Assembly: GCA_050252075.1 (NCBI GenBank)
Contig: JBFWLP010000003.1
Coordinates: 2,195-66,194, forward strand
Origin: Burkholderiaceae bacterium
GTDB taxonomy: Bacteria > Pseudomonadota > Gammaproteobacteria > Burkholderiales > Burkholderiaceae_B
Length of the DNA: 64,000 nt
Direction: 5' to 3'
Shown here: piece by piece, positions 9,985 through 20,146 of the stretch
Numbering within the stretch: the first letter of the stretch is position 1
Layout: every line of letters begins with the position of its first letter
Program-made: the position numbers and the translations under genes
The notes under the pieces: model-generated
What the model saw: the letters and a program-made list of their open reading frames with translations, nothing else
Database searches by the model: none
What the model was told of the DNA's origin: nothing

Positions 9985-10731
9985 ATGGATCGCGTTATTT
10001 ACACCGCTGCCGGCGGCGCCGCCCGGGTGCTTGAGCAGCAGTCCATCATCAGCAACAACCTGGCCAACGTGAACACCACGGGGTTCCGTGCACAGCTGGC
10101 GGCGTACCGGTCGGCGCCGCTGGTGGGGCAGGAGCCTGCGTTGCCAACACGGGTGGCCAGCGTGGCCAGTACGCCCGGCAGCCATATGGCCGAAGGCGTG
10201 ATGATGGAAACGGGCCACGCCCTGGATCTGGCGATCCGGGGCGAAGGCTGGTTTGCCGTGCTGACGCCGCAGGGCGAGGCCTACACGCGTGCGGGCGAAC
10301 TGGCTGTAAACCCGGAAGGTTTCCTGGTGAACCAGCTGGGGTTCCCCATGCTGCTCGAAGACGGTATGCCCATTGAAGTGCCTGATCGCGGGTCGATAAC
10401 CTTTTCCGACGACGGCCAGATTTCAGCCTTGGGTGCGGGCGACAACCCGGCCGATATCCAGGCCCTGGGGCGGCTAAAACTGGTGAATCCCCCGGCCGAT
10501 GCGCTGATCCGTGGCGACGACTCCCTGTTTCGCCTGCCCAACGGCCAGGTGGCGCCGGCCAGCGAGGCGGTGAAAGTGGTGGCGGGCTTTGTCGAGAAAA
10601 GCAATGTGAATCCGGCCGAGGCCATGGTGGGCATGATAGCCAACGCACGCCGCTTTGAGCTGCAAATGAAAATTATCCAGGACGCCAGCGCCAACGCCGA
10701 GCGCGCCAATTCGTTGTTGTCCAGCCAATAA
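9985..10731 (+). CDS. flgF: Proximal rod protein FlgF
   Basis: 248 aa. [15 protein letters not shown] motif and a rod-type C-terminus. Confidence 0.9.
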   Translation: MDRVIYTAAGGAARVLEQQSIISNNLANVNTTGFRAQLAAYRSAPLVGQEPALPTRVASVASTPGSHMAEGVMMETGHALDLAIRGEGWFAVLTPQGEAYTRAGELAVNPEGFLVNQLGFPMLLEDGMPIEVPDRGSITFSDDGQISALGAGDNPADIQALGRLKLVNPPADALIRGDDSLFRLPNGQVAPASEAVKVVAGFVEKSNVNPAEAMVGMIANARRFELQMKIIQDASANAERANSLLSSQ

Positions 10732-10770
10732 GCGGCGGGCTTCGCAAGAAATCGTAAAAGGATACTGAAA

Positions 10771-11556
10771 ATGATACGTTCGCTCTGGATCTCGAAGACC
10801 GGCCTGGAAGCCCAGCAAACCGGTATGGACGTGATCTCCAACAACCTGGCCAACGTGAACACCACCGGCTTCAAGCGCAGCCGTGCGGTCTTTGAAGACC
10901 TCATGTACCAAACCATACGGCAGCCCGGGGCGCAGGTGGGGGCGGCCAACCAGTTGCCGTCGGGCCTGCAGCTGGGCACCGGTGTTCGCACGGTGGCTAC
11001 CGAGCGCATCTTTTCCCAGGGCAATCTGATCAATACCGGCAACAGCATGGACATTGCCATTGAAGGGCGCGGTTTCCTGCAGGTGGAAATGCCCGATGGC
11101 ACGTTTGCCTACACCCGCGACGGCAGCCTGCAAGTGGACCAGAACGGCCAGATCGTGACAGCCGGTGGCTATCCCATCCAGCCGCCTATCAATATTCCCG
11201 ACAACGCGCTCAGCATCACCATTGCACGCGACGGCACGGTGTCGGTAACGCAACCGGGTGCAGTGGGTACCAATGTGGAAGTGGGGCAGTTGCAGCTGAG
11301 CACGTTTGTGAACCCCACCGGCTTGCTTAGCGCCGGCGAAAACCTGTATGCCGAAACCGATGCGTCGGGGCCGGCCAATTTTGCCCAGCCCGGCCTGGAC
11401 GGCGCGGGCCTGATTCTGCAGCAGTTTGTGGAAAGCGCCAACGTGAATGTGGCCGAAGAACTGGTAAACATGATCGCCACCCAGCGGGCCTATGAAATGA
11501 ACAGCAAGGCAATCCAGACATCCGACCAGATGCTGGCCCGGTTAGGACAACTGTAA
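10771..11556 (+). CDS. flgG: Distal rod protein FlgG
   Basis: 261 aa. [35 protein letters not shown] ... [20 protein letters not shown]. Confidence 0.95.
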   Translation: MIRSLWISKTGLEAQQTGMDVISNNLANVNTTGFKRSRAVFEDLMYQTIRQPGAQVGAANQLPSGLQLGTGVRTVATERIFSQGNLINTGNSMDIAIEGRGFLQVEMPDGTFAYTRDGSLQVDQNGQIVTAGGYPIQPPINIPDNALSITIARDGTVSVTQPGAVGTNVEVGQLQLSTFVNPTGLLSAGENLYAETDASGPANFAQPGLDGAGLILQQFVESANVNVAEELVNMIATQRAYEMNSKAIQTSDQMLARLGQL

Positions 11557-12242
11557 TGTTTAATGTGGCTGTTCGGGCTGCCCTTGCCATGGCAGTGTTG
11601 ATCGTGTCCGGATGTGCCCTGGTGCCGCCGGAGCCGGTGGTGACCGGCCCGCTCACCGCGCCGCCGCCCATGCCGGTGGCGGTGCCGTCCGTCGAGGCCA
11701 ACGGTGCCATTTACCAGCCGACGGCGTATGGCAGCTACCCTTTGTTTGAAGACCGTCGCCCCCGCAACGTGGGGGATATCGTAACCGTCGTCATTCAAGA
11801 GCGCACGAACGCGGCCAAGAACGTACAAACCACCACCGACCGCAACAGCAGTGGCATGTTCGGTGCCGAGATCGTTCCCGACCTTCTGCCGTCGTCGCTG
11901 GGCGGCCAGGGCTTTGAAATGTCGGGTGAGAACTCGCTCGATGGCCGTGGTTCCACCCGCGCCGACAATACTTTCACCGGCACCCTGACCACCACCGTGG
12001 TGGGCGTGCTGCCCAACGGAAACCTGCAAATTGCGGGCGACAAGCAAATGGCTATCAATCGGGGCAGCGAGCATATCCGTTTTTCCGGCGTGGTCGACCC
12101 GCGCTCGATCACCGGCAATGGCACGGTACTGTCCACCCAGGTGGCCGACGCGCGCATCGAGTTTCGCAGCAAAGGCACCATGGATGAAGTGCAAACCATG
12201 GGTTGGCTGCAACGCTTTTTCCTGAACGTTTCACCGTTCTGA
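11556..12242 (+). CDS. flgH: L-ring lipoprotein FlgH
   Basis: 228 aa. Lipobox [22 protein letters not shown] and [10 protein letters not shown] motifs. ATG overlaps the flgG TAA. Confidence 0.95.
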   Translation: MFNVAVRAALAMAVLIVSGCALVPPEPVVTGPLTAPPPMPVAVPSVEANGAIYQPTAYGSYPLFEDRRPRNVGDIVTVVIQERTNAAKNVQTTTDRNSSGMFGAEIVPDLLPSSLGGQGFEMSGENSLDGRGSTRADNTFTGTLTTTVVGVLPNGNLQIAGDKQMAINRGSEHIRFSGVVDPRSITGNGTVLSTQVADARIEFRSKGTMDEVQTMGWLQRFFLNVSPF

Positions 12243-12252
12243 TGGATTGATC

Positions 12253-13386
12253 ATGACTATCCCTGCTCCCCTTCGTCGTGTTGGCCGCCTGGGCGCGGCC
12301 GTATGGCTGAGCCTGCTTCTTGGGTGGCCATTGGCCGCTCAGGCCGACCGCATCAAGGATCTGGCTTCCATCCAGGGCGTGCGTGAGAACCAGCTGGTGG
12401 GCTATGGCCTGGTGGTCGGGCTGGACGGCAGCGGTGATCAGGTGCGCCAAAGCCCCTTCACCCAGCAAAGCCTGACCAATATGCTGTCGCAACTGGGTAT
12501 TACGGTGCCGCAAGGTACAAATATGCAGGTCAAGAACGTAGCCGCCGTGATGGTGACGGCTCGTTTGCCGGCCTTTGCGCGCCCCGGCCAGTCGGTCGAC
12601 GTGGTGGTGTCATCCATGGGGAACGCCAAAAGCTTGCGCGGCGGCACCTTGCTCATGACACCGCTAAAAGGGGCCAATGGCCAGGTGTACGCCATTGCAC
12701 AAGGCAACCTGCTGGTGGGCGGTGCGGGTGCCGAGGCCGGCGGCTCCAGTGTGCAGGTCAACCAGCTGAACGGCGGCATTATTCCCAGCGGCGCGATCGT
12801 GGAACGCGGTGTACCCACGGTGTATGTGCGCGACGGCGTCGTGAATCTGGAAATGAACACCACCGATTTCGGCGCCACTCAGGCCGTGGTGGCCGCGCTG
12901 AACAAAAAATTCGGCAAGGGTATTGCCAAGGCCCTGGACGGCCGTGTGGTTCAGGTTCGGTCGCCCATCGACCCCACCCAGCAATCGGCCTTTCTGTCTC
13001 AGCTCGAAAATCTTGATGTGCGGCTGCCGCCGGCGCGTGCCCGCGTAGTGATCAATGCCCGCACCGGCTCGGTGGTGATGAACCGTACCGTCACAATTGA
13101 CGAGGCGGCCATTGCCTATGGCAACCTGTCGGTCACCATCAATCGCCAGGCCGAAGTCAATCAGCCCGACACGCCGTTCGCGGGTGGCCAAACGGTGGTC
13201 ACCGACAACACCCAGATTGAAATGCGTACCCAGCAAGGCTCGCTGCAGCGGGTCACCACCAGTGCCAATCTGGCCGATGTGGTGCGTGCCCTGAACGCGC
13301 TGGGCGCCACGCCTCAGGATCTGCTGTCCATTTTGCAGAACCTGAAAAGCGCCGGCGCCTTGCGCGCCGACCTGGAAATCATCTAG
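12253..13386 (+). CDS. flgI: P-ring protein FlgI
   Basis: I prefer the ATG at 12253 over the TTG at 12247 used by the ORF track. Signal peptide followed by [30 protein letters not shown]. Confidence 0.95.
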   Translation: MTIPAPLRRVGRLGAAVWLSLLLGWPLAAQADRIKDLASIQGVRENQLVGYGLVVGLDGSGDQVRQSPFTQQSLTNMLSQLGITVPQGTNMQVKNVAAVMVTARLPAFARPGQSVDVVVSSMGNAKSLRGGTLLMTPLKGANGQVYAIAQGNLLVGGAGAEAGGSSVQVNQLNGGIIPSGAIVERGVPTVYVRDGVVNLEMNTTDFGATQAVVAALNKKFGKGIAKALDGRVVQVRSPIDPTQQSAFLSQLENLDVRLPPARARVVINARTGSVVMNRTVTIDEAAIAYGNLSVTINRQAEVNQPDTPFAGGQTVVTDNTQIEMRTQQGSLQRVTTSANLADVVRALNALGATPQDLLSILQNLKSAGALRADLEII

Positions 13387-13401
13387 CGATCCGGGGGCGT
13401 C

Positions 13402-14400
13402 ATGCGATTCGTTCAGTACGTACCTCGTCCGTCCGGCGATCAGCTGAATACCTTCGATTTCAACGGCTTGAATCAGATGCGCCGCGGCGTGCAGGGGGGG
13501 TCCCAGCACGAGGTCCGCGAGGCAGCCCACCAGTTCGAGGCCCTGTTTATCCAGCAAATGCTGAAACAGTCGCGGCAGGTGGCTCCCGAATCCTCGTTGT
13601 TCAACAGCGACCAGACACGCCTGGTGCAAAGCTTGCAAGATGAGCAGGTGGCGGCCCAGCTGGCCGACCCCGGCATGGGTCTGGCCAAGGCCATACTGGA
13701 TCAGATTCGCCGTGTTCAAGGCGTTGCCGCCGATGGCCAGGTGCCCACATTCGAGGGCAAGGAACGTCCGCCCGAGATGGCTTCGTCGCGCCTGCCGCAT
13801 CTGCAGTCGGTGGTGGGTGATGCAACGCGCCCCGAACATGCGTCGTCGATTGGCTCACTAATCGAGCTGATCACCCAGGGGGCCGCCGCCGTTGGCGAAC
13901 GGATACAGTCGGCCATTCGTGGCGCTCCACAGCATATTCAGCAATTTGTATCGCGCATGCGTGATGCCGCGCGCATCGCGTCGGCGGAAAGCGGAGTTCC
14001 TGAAAAACTGATTCTTAGCCAAGCCGCACTGGAGTCGGGCTGGGGGCGACGTGAAATTCGCGGTGAAGACGGCAGCACCAGTTACAACCTGTTCGGCATC
14101 AAGGCAACCGGCGGCTGGAGCGGGAAGGTGGTTCACATTACCACCACGGAATATATTGACGGTGAGCCGCGCAAACTGACCCAGCCGTTCCGCGCCTACA
14201 GTTCCTACGCGGAATCGTTTGCCGATTATGCCCGGCTGATCAGCAAGAACAGCCGGTACGCCGAGGTGCTCACGGCGCCGTCGGCCGAAGAGGCCGCCCG
14301 TCGTATTCAGGCCGCCGGTTACGCCACCGATCCGGCGTATGCCGACAAGCTCATTTCCATTATGCAGTACTTCGAAACCACGGGGATGACCCGGGGGTAG
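13402..14400 (+). CDS. flgJ: Rod-cap / peptidoglycan hydrolase FlgJ
   Basis: 332 aa. N-terminal rod-binding motif (AAHQFEALFIQQMLKQSR). C-terminal glucosaminidase-like domain (LSQAALESGWG...YNLFGIK). Confidence 0.9.
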   Translation: MRFVQYVPRPSGDQLNTFDFNGLNQMRRGVQGGSQHEVREAAHQFEALFIQQMLKQSRQVAPESSLFNSDQTRLVQSLQDEQVAAQLADPGMGLAKAILDQIRRVQGVAADGQVPTFEGKERPPEMASSRLPHLQSVVGDATRPEHASSIGSLIELITQGAAAVGERIQSAIRGAPQHIQQFVSRMRDAARIASAESGVPEKLILSQAALESGWGRREIRGEDGSTSYNLFGIKATGGWSGKVVHITTTEYIDGEPRKLTQPFRAYSSYAESFADYARLISKNSRYAEVLTAPSAEEAARRIQAAGYATDPAYADKLISIMQYFETTGMTRG

Positions 14401-14532
14401 GCCGGCCTGTTCCTGCCGGGCCGTTGATCACGGCGGCAACGGCGATCGCGGCGCCAGTCACTATGCCAACCGCGATTGCCGGGTACCCCTGTGAAAACCC
14501 GGATTAACAGCCAAAAGATGCCTGTAAAAGCA

Positions 14533-14559
14533 TAAATCTTTTCGCCAGAATGCCGTTAA
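14533..14559 (+). promoter_or_regulatory. Sigma-28 promoter for flgKL
   Basis: TAAATCTT-N11-GCCGTTAA. The -10 element ends 60 nt upstream of the flgK ATG. Confidence 0.7.
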
Positions 14560-14618
14560 CCTATACAACATGCCATCACAGGGCGGGTTTTTCGCCCTGA
14601 ACGCTACGGAATTCTGCC

Positions 14619-16286
14619 ATGAGCTTAACGAATCTAGGGTTATCGGGGTTAACGGCGGCGCAAAATCGCCTGATCACAACCGGTCACAACATCGATAATG
14701 CCGCTACCGAAGGCTACAACCGGCAGGCGGTAGCCGTGGAGACCGCCGGTGCGCGGGCGACCAGCGCCGGGTATTACGGTCGCGGTGTGCAAGTGGTTAC
14801 CGTTCAGCGTGCTTACGACAACTTTATGTACCGGCAACTGGTCAACGCCGAAACCGCCCAGGCATCGTTCACCAGCTATCAAAACGAAATCACCCAGGTG
14901 AACAATTTGTTCGCCGACCGCACAGTGGGCATTTCGCCCGCCATGCAGAAATTCTTCGACGGGGTTCACGCGGTGGCTTCGGCGCCGGCCGACAGCGCGG
15001 CGCGCCAGGAAATGCTGGGCCGGGCCAACAGCCTGGCCGCCCAGATCAACGATACCAATGCGTTTCTGAATAACCAGCGCAACAATATCAATACGCAATT
15101 AACCACCCTGGTCAGCCAGATCAACAGCCAGGCCGAGCGGGTCAACAGCCTGAATCTGCAAATTGCGCAAGCCCGGGCCTCGTCCTCGTCGCACGAGCCG
15201 AACGATCTGCTCGACCAGCGCGATCAGGTGGTACGTGAACTGAGCCAGCTGGTGGGTGTTACGGTCATCGAGCAGGAAGGCAAATACAATTTAACCCTGG
15301 GCGGCGGGCAAACGTTATTGGGCGGCACGTCGGTATTTCCGCTGCAGGCGGTGCCGGCCAGCGGCGATCCCTCGCGCCTGGTGGTGGCGGCAACGGCCAC
15401 GGGTTCCGGGGGTACCCCGGTTGCCAAGATCATCGATGAAACCCGCCTGACCGGCGGGCAACTGGGCGGGCTGCTTCAGTACCGGCGCGAATCGCTTGAC
15501 GCCGTCCAGAACGAGCTGGGCCGCCTGGCGGTGGGCCTTACCCATGCCTTCAACAGCGTTCATGCCACCGGGGCTGATCTGGCCGGCACTGCCGGCGGCG
15601 AATTCTTCCGCATTGGCGACATTACCGCCGTGCCCGGAAAGAACAACAGCGGTACCGGGCCGGCGGTTACGGCCGCCATTACCACCGCCGGCGATCTGTC
15701 GGCACAAGATTACGAAATCAGGCTCACCGACGCCACGGCGCCGGGAACCTACACCATCACCCGTCTGCCCGATGGCCAGGCGCAAACCTATACGGTCGAT
15801 GCCGGCCAGGAAATTGAAATCGACGGCGTCACGTTCGGCAATCTTGACGGCGCGCACACGGCAGGCGACTCCTGGGTAGTGCAGCCAACCCGCCAGGCGG
15901 CCGCCCAGTTTTCGGTATCCATTTCCGATCCGGCAAAAATTGCCGTGGCCAAACCCAATACCGGTACTGCCAACGGCGAAATCGGTCTTCAGCTGGCGCA
16001 GCTGCAAACCGCCAAGATCATGGGCAGCGGCAGTCTCAGCCCGAACGAGGCCTTCTCGCAAATCGTGAACCGTGTTGCCGTGCAAGCGCAGCAAAACGCC
16101 ACATCGGTGAAAGCCCAGGAAGCCCTGGTGGCCCAGAATCTGAAGACGCAGCAGTCGCTGTCGGGGGTTAACCTGAATGAAGAGTTCGTCAATCTTGAAC
16201 GCTTCCAGGAGCAGTTCCGCGCCGCTTCACGGCTTATCGACGTAAGCTCCAAGCTGTTTGAAACACTGATCAATCTGCGTTCTTAA
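14619..16286 (+). CDS. flgK: Hook-filament junction protein FlgK
   Basis: 555 aa. N-terminus LSGLTAAQNRLITTGHNIDNAATEGYNRQ and C-terminus SGVNLNEEFVNLERFQEQFRAASRLI. Confidence 0.95.
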   Translation: MSLTNLGLSGLTAAQNRLITTGHNIDNAATEGYNRQAVAVETAGARATSAGYYGRGVQVVTVQRAYDNFMYRQLVNAETAQASFTSYQNEITQVNNLFADRTVGISPAMQKFFDGVHAVASAPADSAARQEMLGRANSLAAQINDTNAFLNNQRNNINTQLTTLVSQINSQAERVNSLNLQIAQARASSSSHEPNDLLDQRDQVVRELSQLVGVTVIEQEGKYNLTLGGGQTLLGGTSVFPLQAVPASGDPSRLVVAATATGSGGTPVAKIIDETRLTGGQLGGLLQYRRESLDAVQNELGRLAVGLTHAFNSVHATGADLAGTAGGEFFRIGDITAVPGKNNSGTGPAVTAAITTAGDLSAQDYEIRLTDATAPGTYTITRLPDGQAQTYTVDAGQEIEIDGVTFGNLDGAHTAGDSWVVQPTRQAAAQFSVSISDPAKIAVAKPNTGTANGEIGLQLAQLQTAKIMGSGSLSPNEAFSQIVNRVAVQAQQNATSVKAQEALVAQNLKTQQSLSGVNLNEEFVNLERFQEQFRAASRLIDVSSKLFETLINLRS

Positions 16287-16302
16287 TTCAGGAAGCCCTG
16301 CC

Positions 16303-17838
16303 ATGCGCATCAGTTCCACTGTTTTCTTTGAAACCGGGCTCAACTCCATTACGGCGCAACAGTCCGATCTACTGCACATCTATCAGCAAGTCAGTACGGG
16401 CAAGCGCATGGTTACGCCTTCCGACGACCCGCTTGCCGCCTCGCAGGCTATCAATATCAGCCAGGCCCAGTCGCTGAACCAGCGTTTTTCCGAAAATCGC
16501 GAAGTGGCCAAACGCAACTTGGGGTTGTCGGAAAGCACGCTCGACAACACGGTGCTGTTGCTGCAAGACATCAAGACGCGTCTGGTGGAAGCCTCGAACG
16601 GCACCTTGTCCGATTCCGACCGCTCTACGCTGGCCGGGGTGTTTTCCGACGCCCGCGATTCGCTGCTGGGCCTGGCCAATGCCACCGACGGCAACGGCCA
16701 GTTTCTGTTTTCGGGGGCCAAGGGCAACACGGCTGCTTTCCAGGACATCAACGGAAAAATCGAATACATGGGCGATCAGGGTGCGCGCAGAATTCAAGCC
16801 GATCAAACCCGCCAGATCATTGCCAGCGATGTCGGCTCGCAGATTTTTGCCCGCGCTACCCCCGGCACCACCGACTACGTTACGCGGGCGGGCACCAATA
16901 CCGGCAACGGCTTTGCCAGCAATCCGGCTATTACCGATCCGTCCGGCGCCAATATCGGCAATGTATTCGAGGTAACGTTCACCAGCCCGGACCGCTACAG
17001 CGTTGTGGTGAAGGATCCCCTGGGGGCCACGGTGCAAACGGTCACCAACCAGGTGTACAACGCCGACGTCAGCAAAAGCCTGGCCCTGCCCGGCGGGGTG
17101 CAGATCCAGTTTACGGGCCAGCCGGCCATCAATGACACTTTCTTTGTCGAGCCGGCCCACATGCCCGACATGCTGGCATCGGCCGGGGTGCAAACCGGTA
17201 CCGGTTCCATCAGCTCACCGCTGGTGAACGACTATTCCATCTATAACGCCACGTACAGTTACGACATTGAGTTCACCGCGCTGAATGAATACACCGTGGT
17301 CATGAAAGACAGTGCCAATAACCCGGTCGAAACCCTGACCAACCAAACCTTTGTTCCTGGGCGTGAAAACGTATTGTCGTTGCCCGGGGGCGTTCAGGTG
17401 AAGGTGTCGGGAAATCCGGCGGTCAATGATACATTTTCCGTGGTACCCACTGACGACACCATCAAAACCGATCTGAACATTTTTGATACGCTCGACAGTG
17501 TGATCGAAGCCTTGCGCACCCCGTCCAACGGCAACCCCGCCGCGTCGGCCTACGTGCAAAATACCCTGGCCAGTGCCATGCAGCGCATCGACATCAATTA
17601 CAACAACGTCATTACCGTACGCGCTTCCGTTGGCGCACGCATGAACGAGCTCGACTCGCTCGATGCCAATGGCAGTCAGCGGGCACTGAACTATTCGCAG
17701 GAACTTTCCCGCCTGGAAGACCTGGACTACTACACCGCCACCACGCAATTGCAGCTGCGTACGGCCGCCCTGGAAGCTGCTTCACTGGCCTTCAAGAAAA
17801 TCCAGAACACCAGCCTGTTCAACATGGGTTCCAATTGA
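16303..17838 (+). CDS. flgL: Hook-filament junction protein FlgL (long form with internal duplication)
   Basis: 511 aa with flagellin-like N- and C-terminal helices (SDDPLAASQAINISQ...; RASVGARMNELD). The central region contains two ~90-aa repeats. Confidence 0.9.
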   Translation: MRISSTVFFETGLNSITAQQSDLLHIYQQVSTGKRMVTPSDDPLAASQAINISQAQSLNQRFSENREVAKRNLGLSESTLDNTVLLLQDIKTRLVEASNGTLSDSDRSTLAGVFSDARDSLLGLANATDGNGQFLFSGAKGNTAAFQDINGKIEYMGDQGARRIQADQTRQIIASDVGSQIFARATPGTTDYVTRAGTNTGNGFASNPAITDPSGANIGNVFEVTFTSPDRYSVVVKDPLGATVQTVTNQVYNADVSKSLALPGGVQIQFTGQPAINDTFFVEPAHMPDMLASAGVQTGTGSISSPLVNDYSIYNATYSYDIEFTALNEYTVVMKDSANNPVETLTNQTFVPGRENVLSLPGGVQVKVSGNPAVNDTFSVVPTDDTIKTDLNIFDTLDSVIEALRTPSNGNPAASAYVQNTLASAMQRIDINYNNVITVRASVGARMNELDSLDANGSQRALNYSQELSRLEDLDYYTATTQLQLRTAALEAASLAFKKIQNTSLFNMGSN

Positions 17839-18182
17839 CGCGCGCGCTTCGTTCCTTCGGGCTGGCCGCGCTGGTTGCGCTGAGCGGGTGTACCACCACC
17901 GGCAGCAGTTTTGATTCATCGGCGCTGCCGGCACTGGTGCCCGGCCAGACCACCATGGCCCAGGCCAGTGCCTTGCTGAAGTCTGACCCCGTGCAGGTGT
18001 ACCGGCGGCTCGACGGCTCGGCCACGGCCATCTGGGCACACAAGGCCAGCTGGGTGCCCGATGCCGTGTATTTCAATCAGGAATTGTGGCTGGCGTTCGG
18101 CCCCGACGGCACCTACCAGCGTATTGTGAAAGGCACGAATATTCCCCGGGCCAACCAGTTTGGCAGCCATAATCCGCCGTAA
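17835..18182 (+). CDS. Small lipoprotein of unknown function, translationally coupled to flgL
   Basis: 115 aa. TTG start overlaps the flgL TGA (TTGA). Lipoprotein signal FGLAALVALSGC. The mature part loosely resembles a SmpA/OmlA (BamE-like) fold, judged by eye only. Confidence 0.6.
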   Translation: MTRALRSFGLAALVALSGCTTTGSSFDSSALPALVPGQTTMAQASALLKSDPVQVYRRLDGSATAIWAHKASWVPDAVYFNQELWLAFGPDGTYQRIVKGTNIPRANQFGSHNPP

Positions 18183-18231
18183 ATCCGCCTGCTGCAATTC
18201 ACCTGCCGTAATTCGCCTTAATCCGCACCAG

Positions 18232-18277
18232 TTACACCATCTGCACCAATCACACCAATCGCACCGATCGCACCGAT
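18232..18277. repeat. Degenerate 9-10 bp tandem repeat (about 5 units, CNCACCRAT)
   Basis: TTACACCAT CTGCACCAAT CACACCAAT CGCACCGAT CGCACCGAT, in the convergent gap between the lipoprotein gene and fliR. Preceded by AATYCRCCT-like repeats at 18182-18228. Confidence 0.7.
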
Positions 18278-18286
18278 CTCCCGCTT

Positions 18287-19075
18287 TCAGCCGCCCGCCA
18301 GCATGTAGGCCATTTTCGCCATGGTGGTGTAGGCCTCTTCAAACAATCGTGACAAAAACGGTGCCGACTGGGGCAGCACAATGGCCAGCAGCACCAGCCC
18401 GGTGAGCAGGCTCATGGGAAAGCCCACGGCAAATACCGAAAGTTGCTGGGCCGTGCGGTTCAATATGCCCAGCGCCAGGCTGATGGTCAGCAATATGATA
18501 ATCAGGGGCAGGGCCAGCAGCATGCCCGACACCATGATTTGCGAACTCCATTCCAGCAATACACCCCAGCCGTCGGTGCGCAAGGGGTTCACGGCAATGG
18601 GAAGAATATCGAAGGTGCGTACCAGGCCTCCCAGCATGAGCAGGTGCCCGTTTACGGCCATGAACAGCAGCAGGGCCATGGTGTTCATAAAGCGCGAGAG
18701 TACGGCGGTGTTGGCGCCGGTGGCCGGGTCAAAAAAGCTGGCGAAGGAAAGCCCCATCTGCAGCCCGATGAATTCGCCGGCCGTTTGCACGGCGGCAAAG
18801 ACAATGCGCATGACCAGCCCCATGGCGATGCCGATCATCACTTGCTGGAAGGCGATCCACAAGCCCGTCCAGGACGCCGGCGGAACATCGGGCAAGGGGC
18901 CCAGGGTGGGGGCCACCGCCACGGTGACCACGGCGCCCAGGCCTACTTTGATACGGGTGGGAATTGCCGCGTCGCCCAGCAGCGGCGCCGTGGCCAGCAG
19001 CCCCATGATGCGGAACATGGGCCACAAAAAGGCGGCGATCCACTCGTAGAGCTGGGTGTCGGTGACCGAAATCAC
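18287..19075 (-). CDS. fliR: Export apparatus protein FliR
   Basis: 262 aa polytopic membrane protein at the end of fliOPQR. Confidence 0.9.
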   Translation of the reverse strand: MISVTDTQLYEWIAAFLWPMFRIMGLLATAPLLGDAAIPTRIKVGLGAVVTVAVAPTLGPLPDVPPASWTGLWIAFQQVMIGIAMGLVMRIVFAAVQTAGEFIGLQMGLSFASFFDPATGANTAVLSRFMNTMALLLFMAVNGHLLMLGGLVRTFDILPIAVNPLRTDGWGVLLEWSSQIMVSGMLLALPLIIILLTISLALGILNRTAQQLSVFAVGFPMSLLTGLVLLAIVLPQSAPFLSRLFEEAYTTMAKMAYMLAGG

Positions 19076-19090
19076 GGCGCGTCGTCCGGC

Positions 19091-19360
19091 TTACTGCACC
19101 AGGTTGGGCAAGCCCGTTAACAGGGTCTGTATGTAGTCCACCATGGTGCCGATAAGCCACGGACCCAGCAACACCAGTGCCAAGCCGACGGCCAGCAATT
19201 TGGGAATGAATGACAGTGTCATTTCATTGATCTGGGTGGCGGCCTGAAAGATGCTGATCACCAAACCCACCACCAGTGTCACCAGCAGCAGGGGGCCGGC
19301 CATGCTCAGGGCAATTTTCATGGCCTCGTAGGTCATGGACATGACGGCTTCGGAGTTCAT
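19091..19360 (-). CDS. fliQ: Export apparatus protein FliQ
   Basis: 89 aa with two TM segments (GPLLLVTLVVGLVISIFQAATQINEMTLSFIPK). Confidence 0.95.
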   Translation of the reverse strand: MNSEAVMSMTYEAMKIALSMAGPLLLVTLVVGLVISIFQAATQINEMTLSFIPKLLAVGLALVLLGPWLIGTMVDYIQTLLTGLPNLVQ

Positions 19361-19372
19361 GGCGGCGGTCTC

Positions 19373-20146
19373 CTAGGGATAAAAGCTGCGGGCCAGCGAC
19401 CCCAGCAACAAATGCCAGCCATCGGCCAGAACGAACAGCATCAGTTTGAACGGCAGTGAAATAGTCACCGGCGGCACCATCATCATACCCAGAGCCATCA
19501 GTACGCTGGCCACCACCAGATCGATGATCAGGAAGGGAATGAAAATGGTGAAACCGATCTGAAAGGCCGTTTTCAGCTCACTGGTCACAAAGGCCGGAAC
19601 CAGAACACGCAGCGGCGTGTCGGCGGGCGTTTCCAGCGGGCCTACATTGGCCATGTTGGCAAACAGGATCAGGTCGGCTTCGCGGGTTTGCGTCAGCATA
19701 AAGGTGTGCAAGGGGCCCACGGCTTGCTGCAGTGCCTGTTCAAAATTCAGCGCCCCGGTGCTCAGCGGCAGGTAGGCCTGCTGATAAATCTGGTCAAATA
19801 CCGGTGACATGGCATAGAACGTCAGGAACAGCGCCAGGGCAACCAGCACAGAGTTGGGCGGCGACGCGCCGGTTCCCATGGCCTGCCGCAACAAGCCCAG
19901 CACGATCACAATGCGTGTAAAGCCGGTCATGAGCAGCAGCATGGCCGGCAAAAACGACATCATGGTCAGCATGACCAGCGTTTGCAGGCTCAGCGACCAG
20001 GTTTGACTGCCATCGGGGTTGCTGGACGACGTTATGGCCGGCAGCGTGGCCTGCGCCCAAGCCGCGTCGGGCCGAACCAGCAGCAGCGCCAGCAGCACCC
20101 CGCAAACATACCGGAACACCGGCGAAAAACCACGATCAGCCATCAT
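19373..20146 (-). CDS. fliP: Export apparatus protein FliP
   Basis: 257 aa. Signal-like N-terminus and conserved [16 protein letters not shown] and [19 protein letters not shown] blocks. Confidence 0.95.
   Translation of the reverse strand: MMADRGFSPVFRYVCGVLLALLLVRPDAAWAQATLPAITSSSNPDGSQTWSLSLQTLVMLTMMSFLPAMLLLMTGFTRIVIVLGLLRQAMGTGASPPNSVLVALALFLTFYAMSPVFDQIYQQAYLPLSTGALNFEQALQQAVGPLHTFMLTQTREADLILFANMANVGPLETPADTPLRVLVPAFVTSELKTAFQIGFTIFIPFLIIDLVVASVLMALGMMMVPPVTISLPFKLMLFVLADGWHLLLGSLARSFYP

Noticed and set aside
8788-10218. 476-aa ORF antisense to flgE/flgF
   Set aside because: Same reasoning. It overlaps two confidently called rod/hook genes and has no motifs, so it is a GC-driven open frame.
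12664-13839. 391-aa ORF antisense to flgI/flgJ
   Set aside because: It overlaps confidently called genes on the other strand and has no recognisable domain.
17982-17990. TCTGACCCC (KSDP) in the lipoprotein gene as a third copy of the YSDP repeat
   Set aside because: It is a single 9-nt match with no tandem structure and no 18-bp unit, which is compatible with chance in GC-rich coding DNA.
18160-18405. 81-aa ORF encoding HQSHQSHRSHRS across the short-repeat region
   Set aside because: It overlaps the 3' ends of two real genes. Its peptide repeats simply reflect the DNA tandem repeat, and it has no start context.
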